DNA from: Marsupella aquatica
Lineage: Eukaryota; Plantae; Marchantiophyta
Assembly (NCBI GenBank): GCA_973895155.1
Contig: OZ316894.1
Location: 21,857,867-21,921,866, forward strand
Length of the DNA: 64,000 bases
Reading direction: 5' to 3'
Shown: positions 37,774-50,763 of the stretch, in pieces
How positions within the stretch are numbered: position 1 is the stretch's first letter
Layout of the letters: each line of letters starts with the position of its first letter
Notes under the pieces: generated by a model
The model's input: only the letters and a program-made list of their open reading frames with translations
Told to the model about the DNA's origin: nothing
The model's database searches: none
Made by a program: the position numbers and the translations under genes

Positions 37774-40621
37774 TGTTTGAGTTCCTGCCCCACCCGTAAT
37801 CACACATCAAAACGTGGTAGTATAAGGTGTGCATTATTTTTTTAAAACAATAGGTTGATTATGATATGTATATTGGACACCATATATGTTATATTTTGAT
37901 GTGTCCTGTGGGACTTCATTCCCTTTCTGGAGCTCAATGCTCTATGGCCAACACACCCTGGAAGCATTCCCCTTTGTGTACCCTCAATAATTGCACATAC
38001 AAAGGGAATTACACCATAAACTCTTATTGATAAGTCAAAGTTTTTACACTTATGGCATAGTACAAAAACTAGTGCCCCAACTGGGCTTCTTCTGGGTAGT
38101 GTGCACTAAGCCAGCGTTCACTGAATTTTGGTTTCAGTTTCATTGCTCCATGTTGCATGCTTTTTCATTCTTGAGTTAGGGGCTTCGGGTCCATGAAAAG
38201 TGCCAATCTGTCTACTGCTCCCTGTTTTTCCCTTTCAAAGAGCCACTTTATCCCACCCTGATGAGCCTCTGTCCTCTAATATTGTCCGCAAAGTCAGAGC
38301 ACACTGGAACAGGATATATTTGTCTCTCTATAAGTGCACAACCCATAAGCACAAACCTGGCTAACTGTGAGGTGCTCAATCTTCCTTTTCGTGTAACAGA
38401 GTTTGAACGTTTTTGCACCATTTTCAAGTGCAAAACCCTTGATAAATGTAAGGTTTAGGGCACAGTTTTAGGGGTGGGAGTCATGATAATGTTCCCAAAA
38501 GAAGGGTCATTTGCACATGGAGGCATTGAAGCTCTTCATCAATAAATGCATAATTCATTTTGCACTTATCACATAGTGCAAACCCCTGTTCAATGCGCAC
38601 TGCATGCTTCTTTGTGGGAGAGTGTACTTAGAGAGCAATGATTATGTAGGATATATGACACCAACACATCAGTGACACAAAGCCTGTTTCCCAGTTCCCA
38701 CAGTTGTTTCAAATTGAGGTAGTACAGTCTATTACGTCTAAGTGCAGGCTCCAGGGAAGATGCCCCAAGCCTGCACTTATGCACAGTATGTGCTATCAAG
38801 TGCACAGGATATGATTTATGCACTTATCCATATTTGCATAGTTGCATTACCCAATAAGTACATAGGAAATTGCTTATGCACTTACTCACATGAGTTGTGA
38901 GGTCACACACATTGGGCTCCTCATATCCAGAGCCTGCATAGTACATAATGCACAAAACGACTTTATGTATACGACTTTATGTAACGACTTCTTCATAAAT
39001 GCATATATACACTTATAAATGGAACTGCACTTGTTTATCTGTGGTTTAGAGAGGCTTGACCCGCACTTATACAGAGTCCTTGTTTTGGTGAATTTTCGAA
39101 AGAAAAGTGCTAATATTTGAGGACTAGGAAGAGGGATATGCTCAATAGACCCCCTCCAGGAGAAACTTTACTTGATCAGCCCCCTCCAAACTTTTTTGCC
39201 CCAATCAGCCCCCTCATTATGGCCCGTACCCTTTGCTCCCGTGTAAGGCAGTTTCCCCCATGTAAAGGCATTATTGCACAGTTGGGAGCCATGCCACCAT
39301 GCAAGGTCGCCTCCCGCAGTCGACCACGCGACTCCGCTGCAGTCGGGCCGCAACTACGCGGTTTTGCCCCCCTCGCACTATGGTCCCTTATGAGCGTGAA
39401 TACATCGTGGTTTATGTCTTCAACAAAATTTCTGTTTTAGGACGCACATTGTTGGGGCGCGGTTTAGGGTCAAGCGCGACCGTCATTTGTCGAGGGTGGG
39501 ATCGATAGTTTTTCGTTGTTTTACGGAGGGGACTGCGTCTTCGTGGTTCATGGAGGTGAGGCGTCGTTTGCTGCTGGCGGCTGGCGATTTTGGGGAGGTT
39601 CATTGATCGATGCGAAAGGAGAGTGCGAGGTCTGAGTCTCGGCCCACTGCTCGGATTGAGTAGCGTTCATTCACCCCATTCTGCGAGATTTCTTTCACAT
39701 TGTAGCGCCTGCCAGATTGTTGGTGGGTTTTGGATTGGTGAGAGTGTCTCCCTTTGTTGTTCTTCAATAAGGTATGGAGGATTTTCCGCCCGCCAATGTA
39801 GCCCAAGAAACTGTTTAATCATGCATATCATAACATCTCCTGCATTATCTTCGCCTTCTCGTCGTAAGTTCTTTTGCATTGTTCAGATTTGCATTAGATT
39901 AGTTCAGATCATTTGCAGAGTCTCCTTGTTCTTGTGCATTTTTGTCACCATGAAATCCATGTACTCCGGTTCTGCTGCATAGTTGCCTGCGAGCTTTAGG
40001 CAAAGTGGACTTCATGACAGAGATTAATCTCCATCCCACTTGAACCCGCCTGTATTTGTTTCTTGGTCAAAGCATTAGGTTGATTTTAGCTCTTTTTGCC
40101 TAAGTATGAGTTCTGCTGCCCTGTTTGAATACCAAGACATCTGTGTGTTCTAGTTTTGCTTATATCTGAACCTGTTCTCTTCTTGGTTTGGTCCAGCTAT
40201 CATGAGAATCGCCTCTTGTTGTGTTCTTGTTGCAAACATTGATGGGCTGTTTTGTTTTGGTGAGATTATCTCCCTTTGTGCTTCTTCCAGAGGAGGATTG
40301 TCCGTCAATGTCGCCCAACATACTATTTAATTCCTGCATTTTTTTGCATCATGTCGATGCGCAGAATACCATTACCTGAATGTCTCTTGCATTCTGCAAT
40401 TTTTTAGCCTTAGCACCATCACATCCATGTCTTTCGGTTCTGGCACTGTATAGTTTCAATATTACGTGGATAACAGTGCAGGGACTGTTTCCATATGGCA
40501 GTTGAATCCTATCCATTAACAAGTGCAAAGCAGTACAGGACAAAGGTCAAGGTCATAGGCTGGAGAGGTTGGGTTTGATTTTGAGCCCAACCAAGGTTCA
40601 AGCTCAGTTTCCATGGCGCCA

Positions 40622-43600
40622 TGAATGAGAAAAATTCAGGTAGCAGAGGAAGAGAATCACTTCCGACATCGTGTTGATGCTGAAGGCAAGCATGTGTTTG
40701 TCTGCATAGCTGGTGCTCACAAGCCTCGGTCATTCTCTTCCTTTGCTGGTTTCCAAACCCACATGGACGTCACACACAAATTGGAGTTACCACCTGCATT
40801 ATTGGAGGCGGGCCAACCTTGGTTGTATTCAAAATCCAACTTCTCCACTCGGATTGCCAAGAAACATAAGGGCCATGGGCCAAATGCGAGGAAGGACAAC
40901 AATGAGGCCTCTTGGAACCGGCTTTGATCTACTGTGCGACTTCGATGGAGACAGACAAAGTTGCAGAAGAAGACAATGCTAAAGAATAAGTATGGTCTTG
41001 CTGTAGATCAGCAGCTTGTTCCTTCCAAATCATTGCTCATTCGTGTCATCAAGCAAGTGTACATACGTGGAGGGCAGCCAAATGGTTGGTCATCCTTGTT
41101 GGATGACAATGTGTATGAGATGTTGCAAGACTCTGTGTCAGTTGTTGCAATTACTCCTATTCTATGTCGTTGGGTTGCTTCAATCCAAGAATTGCCGGTA
41201 CTTCTACCTAGAGATCGCAAGTTACAGGCACTTCAACTAGATTGTCGTGTTCTGCCATGCATTTCCCCCCTGACGGATGTGGAGGTGCAACCTCTTGAGC
41301 TAATGCAGTTTGAAACTATTCGAGATTCTCTCATTTCAAATGCCTTGAATTACTTGGCTCAGAAAAAAGCGCTTTTGCAGTGGAAGCATGACCCCAAAGA
41401 AGTCGACTTTGAAGCTGCATACCAGGATTACATGGAGTGGAAAGAAGAGCAAAAGCTTGTCAACATAGCCACAGCCACTAACAATTTGCTGCAGGAATAC
41501 AAAGGTCGGGGCATGACCACTGAAGCTGCACAAATAGAGGTATGACCTTCTTATTTTACTTCTTGCAATCTTTGCTTATTGTTTGTACATTCCATTCTCA
41601 TCATATTGTCTGAACCATGTGCAGGCTGGACTAAATGAAGAGTGGGAGGACACGTCTGACGATAGCGATTATGAGCCTGGGCCTGAGAAGTGGGGTCTAT
41701 TGCTAAATGATGCTAATCAACAACCAGATGAGCCAAACACAGTATCTGAACCTGTCCTCAATACTTGAGTTGAGGACCCGCCTCTTGTACAAGATCGTAT
41801 TGAGGTTCCTTCTCATGTTCAGGATGATGAAGACAATGATCATCAAAATCCTTCTCATATTGAGGATTTAGACCATCTTATTGACCATCCTGTTCATGAT
41901 CCTATTCAGGATCCTATTGACCATCCTGTTCAGGATGATGAAGACAATAATCATCACAATCCTTCTCATGTTGAGGATTTAGACCATCTTATTGAGTATC
42001 CTGTTCATGATCCTATTCAGGACCCTATTGACTATCCTGTTTAAGATCCCATTGACAATCCTATTCAGGATGTTCATGAACAAGGACTCAACTTTTCACA
42101 ATAGTGTCACTTGGTTTCAAGCCTCCGAAATATTCTTTACGCCTATGGGGAGGGAGAGGACGACTACCCCCTCCAGGTCAGTCTTTGTTTCTTTGCTTCA
42201 ATTACTTTTGGAATTTCTTTGCAAATTGTGAATACATGAGCCTCATTGTATTTGGATGCTCCTTGTGTTCATTGCAAGAAGGAGTAGTATCGGAGACTAT
42301 CTCGGAGTTCATAGCACCACCAACCCCTACACCAGAGACTCTACTCCCAGACTTCATAGCGCCAGTCGCAGCAACAACACCAGCCCCTGTACCGTGTATA
42401 TTAGTCTCAGAGTCCTTACCACCACTTGCACCAGCACCACCAGCCATTGCACCATAGATTGTACTATTAGAGTCGGTACCAGTAGCCGCAGCACGACCAC
42501 CACCACCAGCCCCTGCACCACAGATTGTAAGTCTCTAAAGTGCAAACTTGGAAGTCATTCAATTGCAATCTAGTCTGAATACTTAAACCCCAATGTCTTT
42601 TCACTCCCCTAAGCATTCATTTCATATATTGTAGGGACAAAGACAAAGGGGAAGGGGTGTACCACTGGAGTCCCCATCCCCAGTACAAAAAGTAGCACCA
42701 TCCCCTCCAATGTCAACAAACCCCTTCCAGGTTTGCCTTTGTGTTTTTTGTAAAAACATATGTTTGCAATGCTTTGCAATGTTTGAATACAGCTGCCTCA
42801 TTGTCTTCGCCGTGCACTGCATTTCTTCATTCTAGAGACGGAGCGGAAGGGCAAGTGGAGGGGTTGTAGCAGTGGAATCACCAGCACCAGCCCTCGCACC
42901 ACGGATTGTAAGTCTCAGAAGTGCTTACTTGGAAGTCGTGCAATTGCAATCTAGCCTTCATACTTCAACCCCAATGTCTTTTCACTCCAAGGTTTTCCTT
43001 TGTGTTTTTGGTAAAAACATTTGTTTGCAATGCTTTGCAATGTCTGAATACATCTGCCTCATTGTCTTTGGTGTGCACTGCAATGTCTTCATTCTAGAGA
43101 CGAAGCGGAAGGGCTCTTGGAGGGGTTGTAGCAGTGGAATCACCAGCACCAGCCCTCGCACCACGGATTGTAAGTCTCAGAAGTGCTTACTTGGAAGTCG
43201 TGCAATTGCAATCTAGCCTTCATACTTCAACCCCAATGTCTTTTCACTCCAAGGTTTTCCTTTGTGTTTTTGGTAAAAACATTTGTTTGCAATGCTTTGC
43301 AATGTCTGAATACATCTGCCTCATTGTCTTTGGTGTGCACTGCAATGTCTTCATTCTAGAGACGAAGCGAAAGGGCTCTTGGAGGGGTTGTAGCAGTGGA
43401 ATCACCAGCACCAGCCCTCGCACCACAGATTGTAAGTCTCAAACGTGCTTACTTGCAAGTTTGAATACATCACCCTAATTGTCTTCTGCGTGCACTGCAA
43501 TTTCTTCATTCTAGCCCGTGCACGGGAAAGAAATTTGATATAGGTCAACCTGGTTTAATTTGCCTTCCTGTACAAGGCCACATTCCTTTCTATTCATATT

Positions 43601-44855
43601 ACTTTGCAAGGGTTAAATACACAACCCTTGGTGTATTCAAGTCAGTTAATGATATTCTCCATTGTAGAGAGGAAGTAGAAGGGGAAGGGGTGTATCAGCA
43701 GTGCCCCCAAAACCAGCACCAGCACCAGCACCAACAAGCAACCCCTCCCAGGTATGTCTTCATGTACCAGGCTAATTTCCTTATCAAACTGCTTTGCAGG
43801 GAGTGAATACACAACCCTCACTGTCTTCTATGTCAATTAATAATTTTGTTCATTGTAGGGAGGAAGACAAAGGGGAAGGGATGTGTCAGCAATGTCCTCA
43901 GCACCAGTGGCACTAGCAATCCCAGTACCAGCAACCGACCCCTCCAAGGTATGCCTTTGTGTCTTAGGCCACATAATTGAATTCCTTCTCATCAGCGGCG
44001 TCCAATTGTTGAGTAATGTGAATACTTCTTTGTCAATGTCTTTTGATGTTGCTTTGGATTGTAGGAAGGGCAACAACGGGAAAAAGCAAGCAAAAGGTGA
44101 AAAGGAAAGGGAAATTTGGTGGAGCAATCCCTTGCACCTGCCCCAACCCCTATCCCAACAAATGAACACTCAGCCCCTGCCCCTGTAACAACACCAACAC
44201 ATGCACCTGCCGATATCCCTGGACCACCACTAGCACATGCCTCTACACCATGACCAGTAGAAGCACCAGCCCCTATACCAGTGCCAACACCAGGCCCTAT
44301 ACCGGCTACAAACTCCTCACAGGTATGCCTAAGGGTGCAACAGCAAAATTCCTCTGCTTCATTGTGGAATGTAAATACCTCTTTGTCCATGTATTCTAAT
44401 GTCTTTGTGGGTTGTAGGTACCACAAGGAGGAGCTACTTTGTCCTTAGTACCTGTTCCTGTCTCAAGGAAGAGGAAGGAGGCCTCTAAATCAAGCAAGGG
44501 TATGATCCAGGCATTGCAGGTTGTTCCTCTATTGGCAGTCAACCCCAAAACAAAAGTAGTGTTTTTGCACCCCGAAGATGATGACTTAGCAACATCAGAA
44601 GTTGAAGACAGAGCACTGAGAGGCAAGCAAAAGCAAAGTAAAAGCGCGACAAGTAGAGGGGAGGGGCAAGGGAGAGGAAGAGGAGCACCTTCTACTCGAC
44701 CAACTCCCTTGCATGAAATCCCGCTAGGTGATGGTGACAATGTAGACACATTTGGGCCATCACAACTTTTGCATGACTCCCAAATGACTGCTTCACAAGA
44801 TACATTCAGGGAGGTTATTGACCAACTCCCACACCCTTCCCAATATGTTGACTGA
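40622..44855 (+). pseudogene. MULE accessory gene in the mudrB position, multi-exon, decayed
   Basis: One frame runs 40625-41539 with a single internal TGA, then GT-AG introns, an acidic exon (~41625-42100), several short Pro-rich exons and a last exon ~44418-44855. Convergent with the transposase. Confidence 0.65.
42710..43512. repeat. 262-bp tandem units (~3) inside the MULE
   Basis: Near-identical ORFs at 42872/43134 and 42982/43244, offset by 262 bp. Confidence 0.93.
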
Positions 44856-45099
44856 GTGTGGACGCCCTTCCTGTGTGGTACTAAGCCATTTTTGTGGTAG
44901 CTTCAGTGGTCTTTAGATGCAATGTAGCTTGAGGTAGCTTCAGATACAATGTAGCTTCATTGGAAGGCAAGGAGGCCCATGACACATCTACACTGCAAGG
45001 TCACAACTCGACTTGCAACTTGTACTGGAAACATTTATGAATAAAAAGCAAGTTGCATTCACTATGTTCTGATGTATAAAAGTTATTCATTCTGCTGGA

Positions 45100-45550
45100 T
45101 ACTACCTTCAGTTTTGGAAGACATTGTTCACATTGTCTTCGCACCACACTTAGCCATTTTTCCAATGACAGGATATTCTGCTTCAAGAAGCCATTTGAGC
45201 AGGGGTAAATGGTGGATGTTGTGGGTTTTGGAAGACATTGTCCATATTGTCTTCGCACCACACTTAGCCATTTTGCCAACGACACGATATTCTGCTTCAA
45301 GAAGCCATTTGAGTAGGGGTAAATGGTGGATGTTGCGGGTTTTGGAAGACATTGTCCATATTGTCTTCGCACCACACTTAGCCATTTTGCCAACGACACG
45401 ATATTCTGCTTCAAGAAGCCATTTGAGTAGGGGTAAATGGTGGATGTTGCGGGTTTTGGAAGACATTGTCCATATTGTCTTCGCACCACACTTAGCCATT
45501 TTGCCAACGACACGATATTCTACTTCAAGAAGCCATTTGAGCAGGGGTAC
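45100..45550. repeat. 114-bp tandem array (~4 copies) inside the MULE
   Basis: gaagccatttgag at 45187, 45301, 45415, 45529. Confidence 0.97.
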
Positions 45551-45742
45551 GTAAATGGCCAACACTAGTGGTTTCACACAAGATGCACGTGAGAACTGCA
45601 AAAAAGTTTCAAAATTTGTATAACATCTCAAAATTGTTGGAGTACAATGTTGTTGTAGACTTCAATGTCTGCAATTGAAGCAAAATTGCAATTGCTACTT
45701 CCTGTGAGCTATTATTTGAACTTGTTACCATTGTGGTGTAAA

Positions 45743-46405
45743 CTAAGTCAAGAGCTCATTGCTACAAAATACTTCATGCCCAGACTCATCTACTCCAAGC
45801 AACTCATCATTAACTCTATGACCATCTGCTTTGATAGGAGCCCTCCATTGTGCACCCATTGCACTGAATTGTCGTTGAAGCCATGCCTCTACCTCAGAAT
45901 GGGACCTAAAAGACTTGTGACTAGCTCCACTGAATCCGCTCACCTGACATTCTGCCTCCTCCCAAGTACGATATATTCCAAGACTGCGCCCCCTAGCAAT
46001 GGCATACCATTTTTTCTTTGAGGTAGAGCCTAGATCACAATTGTATGGAAGAGCAATTGACTTAGAGCGAGAGGAGAAAGTATGTGATTGTAATTTCACC
46101 CTTGTGGCAGGCTGAGTTTGCGCAATGTCAACCAATTGTGCTTGTGAGGCTGACGAAGATGGACCTGCATTAGCACCCTGGCGCCGAGCCGATACAGGTT
46201 TTGGTGGGCCAACAACAGCCACTACAGGGGAATCGTGACCCTCTGATTTTGATGTCGCTGTACTTTGAGCAAGGGGAGGCAGCCCATCTCGATTCCACAC
46301 TGAAGACAAACACAAAATCCGTTCCAACATGCGATGGAGGAAGAAGAGTAGTGCACTCAAACCTACAAATATGGTCCATATGGCGAACCCCAATGCCCAA
46401 AACAA
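45743..46405 (-). CDS. MULE accessory protein: hydrophobic helix + RNase H1 N-terminal/caulimovirus viroplasmin (hybrid-binding) domain
   Basis: KKKWYAIARGRSLGIYRTWEEAECQVSGFSGASHKSFRSHSEVEAWL (~45880-46018) fits the Cauli_VI/HBD consensus (YAV..GR..GIY..W..C..QV.G..GA..K.F.....A..). True start unknown. A decayed continuation runs to ~45560. Confidence 0.85.
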   Translation of the reverse strand: MFWALGFAIWTIFVGLSALLFFLHRMLERILCLSSVWNRDGLPPLAQSTATSKSEGHDSPVVAVVGPPKPVSARRQGANAGPSSSASQAQLVDIAQTQPATRVKLQSHTFSSRSKSIALPYNCDLGSTSKKKWYAIARGRSLGIYRTWEEAECQVSGFSGASHKSFRSHSEVEAWLQRQFSAMGAQWRAPIKADGHRVNDELLGVDESGHEVFCSNELLT

Positions 46406-46929
46406 CTGAACTACAAATCAACACTGCCTTCATTGAACTTTGCCATTGCCAAATGGCAATCCTGTCCTTGGCGCTGTAGTTGTCGCTCTCCTGTCCCTGG
46501 CACTCTCGCTCTCTCTGGCGCTCTCGGGCGCTGCACAAGTTTACACTGGTCTCCTAATACCTCCTCCCTTTGTTGTCACTCACGTGGACGACTTCAAAGA
46601 CTCCGCTTTAGTCCACTCGCCAAACGTGCACATTCTCCATGGAACACTCTATGTCGACCAACGGTCTCGCGCGCCAGTATCATTGCGGAAGTAGATTCAA
46701 ATTTGAAGACATTATGGTCAATGTCTTCAATATCAATGAAGGAAGTTAAGAAGACAACATGGTCGCTATCTTCAAGTGCAAGGATGGAAGATAAACGGGA
46801 AGACAACATGAATATGTTGTATTCATCAGAGAATAATGGTGGGAAAAAGTGACAAGAGTCTGTTTTGATGCACAACCAAAGTTCAGTAATAAAGTAACTA
46901 GTAAGGTTCAGTAATATCAACATGATATT

Positions 46930-49900
46930 GTGACCCAAATCCCTGACACTCTATTGCAGCCTCATTGGCCAATTCCATGCACCTATCAATGAAAGCTTGT
47001 GGCAATTGTTGTTCACTATTTGGGAGAAGGGGCTGAGGCACAATGCTCTGGATTGGTCATGTGCCTGCTGTTGGTGCTGTCGATTCAATACTATATTCAG
47101 TCTATAGTAGTTGGTCTTCCCAAGGAAAGGGTGACACAAGTGGGTGCTCCAAATTGACTGCATCACCATTATCCACCTGCATATGAAGGCAACTTTAAAA
47201 TTTGTCCCTAGCATGAGACCACACATGCATGAAGCCCACAAGTAATGATATATACTTGTAAGAAGACTGTTAATGTTGGAATCCTTACTCTTGCCGGATG
47301 TATTGGCGTCACACTATGGACTTTATCACAAGATCTTCGATTATGTCCAACCTGCCCACACTTACTGCACCTGCACTTCCCAGTGTTAGGCCCCGCTTTC
47401 TTTGCCCTCGATTGAACTTGAACAATTGGAAGTCCAGCAAGTGTTTGCTGTTGAAAAAGGTTCCACCCTGTTTGGATCATCATCTAGTGGATATCTCAAG
47501 AATAGTTGTCCAAGGGAGTCAATCACTGATTCTTTGCCTTCTCCAAGAGCCCTAGGTGGATGCCTCCCTCCACAACCCTGTTCGATGCGGACCATTCTAT
47601 GTCTGCCCCTTTTCACAGCAGCCACAGGAGCAACACAATTTGGACTTGGCATTAAGTCTGATACAATAAAGCTAGGTAAAACATTGTCATACAAAGCCCT
47701 AATTGAAGCAGTCCGCCAACATTTGTGAAAATGAGTAGAAAAATTTCTGCCTTCCTGGTCATCCCAAGCCATTATATGCTCACATGGCCACACCATCTCT
47801 TGCAGCTCCCAACAAGTGCAACATTTCTTTGGTGACAGTGACACTAGATACTCCTCACTTTGGGATGTAGTTTGAACCTTGGCTGTGGACGCACCATCAT
47901 CAAACACCTGAGCATATGAAAACTTGGATATAATTACAAAACTATTCAAATAAAGAATACATTCATACTAGTGTATTTTAATTCAACACCGAGCTATTAA
48001 GAAGACATTGATGTTACAGTATATACAGAACACATAGCTAGTAATGCATACACAAGACCAGGCATGAAGATTACCTGCCATTGACCAAACATCTTGAGAT
48101 TCTTGTTGTACCTGACCAGGGCTAGAATAGTGAGTACTTCCTATCTCGCCAACGCAACTGCTTTCCTTTCTTTAAACTTTTGCTGAACATATACCCACAT
48201 GCGCTCCATCAACTTGCAAGGAGCAAATTCGCGCAAGGGGAGTAAGCCTGAATTTTCTTGCTCAGTAGGGTTGCTTGTAACCTTTGCCATGCGGGGAAGT
48301 GCCTGGCATAAAGTTTTGCATCAAAACTTCTGACGTAGTCTACAGCATTTGCATTCTCATGTGCCTTGACGAACTCTGCCAGTCGCTTCAAACATGCTTC
48401 AAATTTGATAAGGTTCACAGGGGAAACATTGATGTTAATGTATACAATCATGTCATACACAGAGAAAACATTTGCGTGAGTGATATGTACTTCACATTTT
48501 GTATTCGAGGAGAGGTAATATTACTGTATTGAACACTGAGTATGCGGTGTATACATAAGAAGACAAATGTATGTAGAATCAAAGCAATGAAGGTTTTTGG
48601 ACTTACTGTCTTTCATCGTTGGCATATATGCATCCTGTAAAAATATCTACTGCTGCTTTGCCATGTCTGTTCTTGACATTAGCTCTCAGGTGGTTTGCAC
48701 ATGCTGCATGTATCTTACCTGGCCATACGTAACTCACAGCGGCAAGTAGACCTTTCTGTCGGTCTGATATGAGTGGCATGTGAGGCGATTCAATGCCGTA
48801 CAGTGATCTATCTACCAATTCCAGAAACCAGATCCAATTATCTGTGTTCTCAACTGGAGCTACTGCGTAACATAGAATCAATCCTTGGCCATTTCCATCC
48901 AAACATGTAGCTAAGAACAGTTGAGTGGGGTACTTCCTGTTCTTTGTATGACATGCATCAAGAGAGATGAGAGGTTGAATGTAGGTACATGCTTTTCGTG
49001 TAGCTGATGGGCAAATGAAAGCTCGACAGAAAATGTTGGAGTTTTCCATTGGGGACCAGACTGCCACTGCACCAGGGTCAGTCTCTCTCACCCTGACAAT
49101 TAATGCCGGAATCATTTGAAACGCATCTTCCTGCCCACCAAGCTGCAGATCCCATACATAGTCTTTGGCTCGCCACATTTGGTGGTAAGTGCTGTTCTTT
49201 TTATAATCCCCTTGAAATCCACAGAGTAGTTCTTTGACCGGCACCTTCAGATTTCTACACACTCTAGGCGCCAGTGTGTCTCCTAACCACACTGCCTTTT
49301 GTGTTGGGCCCCTCCACTTGTGTTTAGATGTTGGACAATTGTGTTTCAGCTCACACACAGTAATGATATGAGCCCCGTTGTGAGCTTGCCTGTGACATCG
49401 GACCCTGAATGGGCAGTAGGCTGAACAATCAAAACCATCTTCATCGTACTCTGGTGGGGGCTTAAACCTAGAAAACTCCCCGCATACTCCTGTGGTAGAA
49501 ATCTTCTTGACTTTTACCGTGCCAAGGGCATGTGACCCAGGTAGCCACACACTGCTATGCTGCACTACTGTGTGTGGTTTCTTTGCCATTGTTGTGTTCC
49601 TGTGGAGACAGTTTGGATCCAGAGGTCCAAGGGGTGCACGAACCTCCTATTGCAATCCACACAGAACATATTCATGTTATTGTATATGGAAACACAGAAG
49701 ACAGTGGTGTCATTGCATACAAAATACACACCACAATGGGGATGTTTATATGAAACATAGAAGACACTCATGACATCGTATACAAAACATTGATGGTAAA
49801 ATGCAAAGAAGACATTCCGGTTGAGGTATACCTGTGGAGCATTTGTGAGAACGATTGCTCCAGACTGGTTTGTTGATCTTGCCATCTGTTGAATAGCAAT

Positions 49901-50763
49901 TTGAAACTCACGGTCTTCCATCTGCAATGGCAGCACAAACATACCATGCATCAAAACATAGAGTGACAAGTATTACATTTCTAACGGTCCTTCAAAAAAA
50001 CCACAATGATATAGGTATGGACTCTTGAAAAGCTTTACCTCTTCCGCTGTCAATAATGGTTCTGCATAGGCATTGTGTGACCTTTGTGTCCCCCTTGGTT
50101 TGGATGTCATTCCTCTGTCACGGAACCCACTATACTCATCGTAACGACTGTTATAGTGCCAATCTAATTCATGTTCATCTTCATCATCCAATTCATGGAT
50201 ATACAGTGAATCTTCATCTTCTAAACTATCACTACATTCAGAACTGTCTGGCCCGGGTCTGATGTCACCACTTGACTTCCTTTCATGTCGATGAGCAATC
50301 TTACTAAATCGGCAAACCCTTGTTCGAAAATTGGGGGCGGTTTTAAGTCTATACACTACTCGGCCATGCATCACAGCCCATGAGTCCAAACATCTATCAA
50401 ATATATCAAAATTGCTAAAACGCTCGCCTAGATGAATGCGGGCCGCCTTTGCTTCCACTGCAAAGAGCATTGTAGAATACATAATGAAGAACGTCTACCG
50501 GTGCAAAACTTATGATTCATACGGGAGCAACTTCAACTTCATACTTAAGCCAAACAAATCCTCCAATTTATACTAACTTGAAGCACAATAGATTCACCTT
50601 CTTCGGGACTCTTCCCATCCAGGATTGATTTCAGATTTTTCAGATGTCTTCGTGTTGTTCCCCGCCTTGCTCTTTGTGGTGATTGCCTGTCAGAATCGGG
50701 AATGTCCACCTCACAGACATCCCCTCGACGCCAAAGATTGATGTCACTTACATCATCTGCCAT
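46930..50763 (-). pseudogene. MuDRA-like transposase (MULE DDE, SWIM, zinc knuckle), spliced and disrupted
   Basis: ISLDACH, ATCLDGN, ISDRQKGL, CANH, VTSNPTEQ, SWIM CTCWELQEMVWPCEH, CSKCGQVGHNRRSC. Frameshifts near 48290 and ~47450, and an in-frame TAG near 48142. Confidence 0.92.

Noticed and set aside
39117-39440. Paralogous ORFs at 39117 and 51233
   Set aside because: They are translations of the two MULE TIRs.
45001-45554. Overlapping repeat ORFs as independent ankyrin-like genes
   Set aside because: They arise from the 114-bp array being a multiple of 3, and the 38-aa period does not fit ankyrin.
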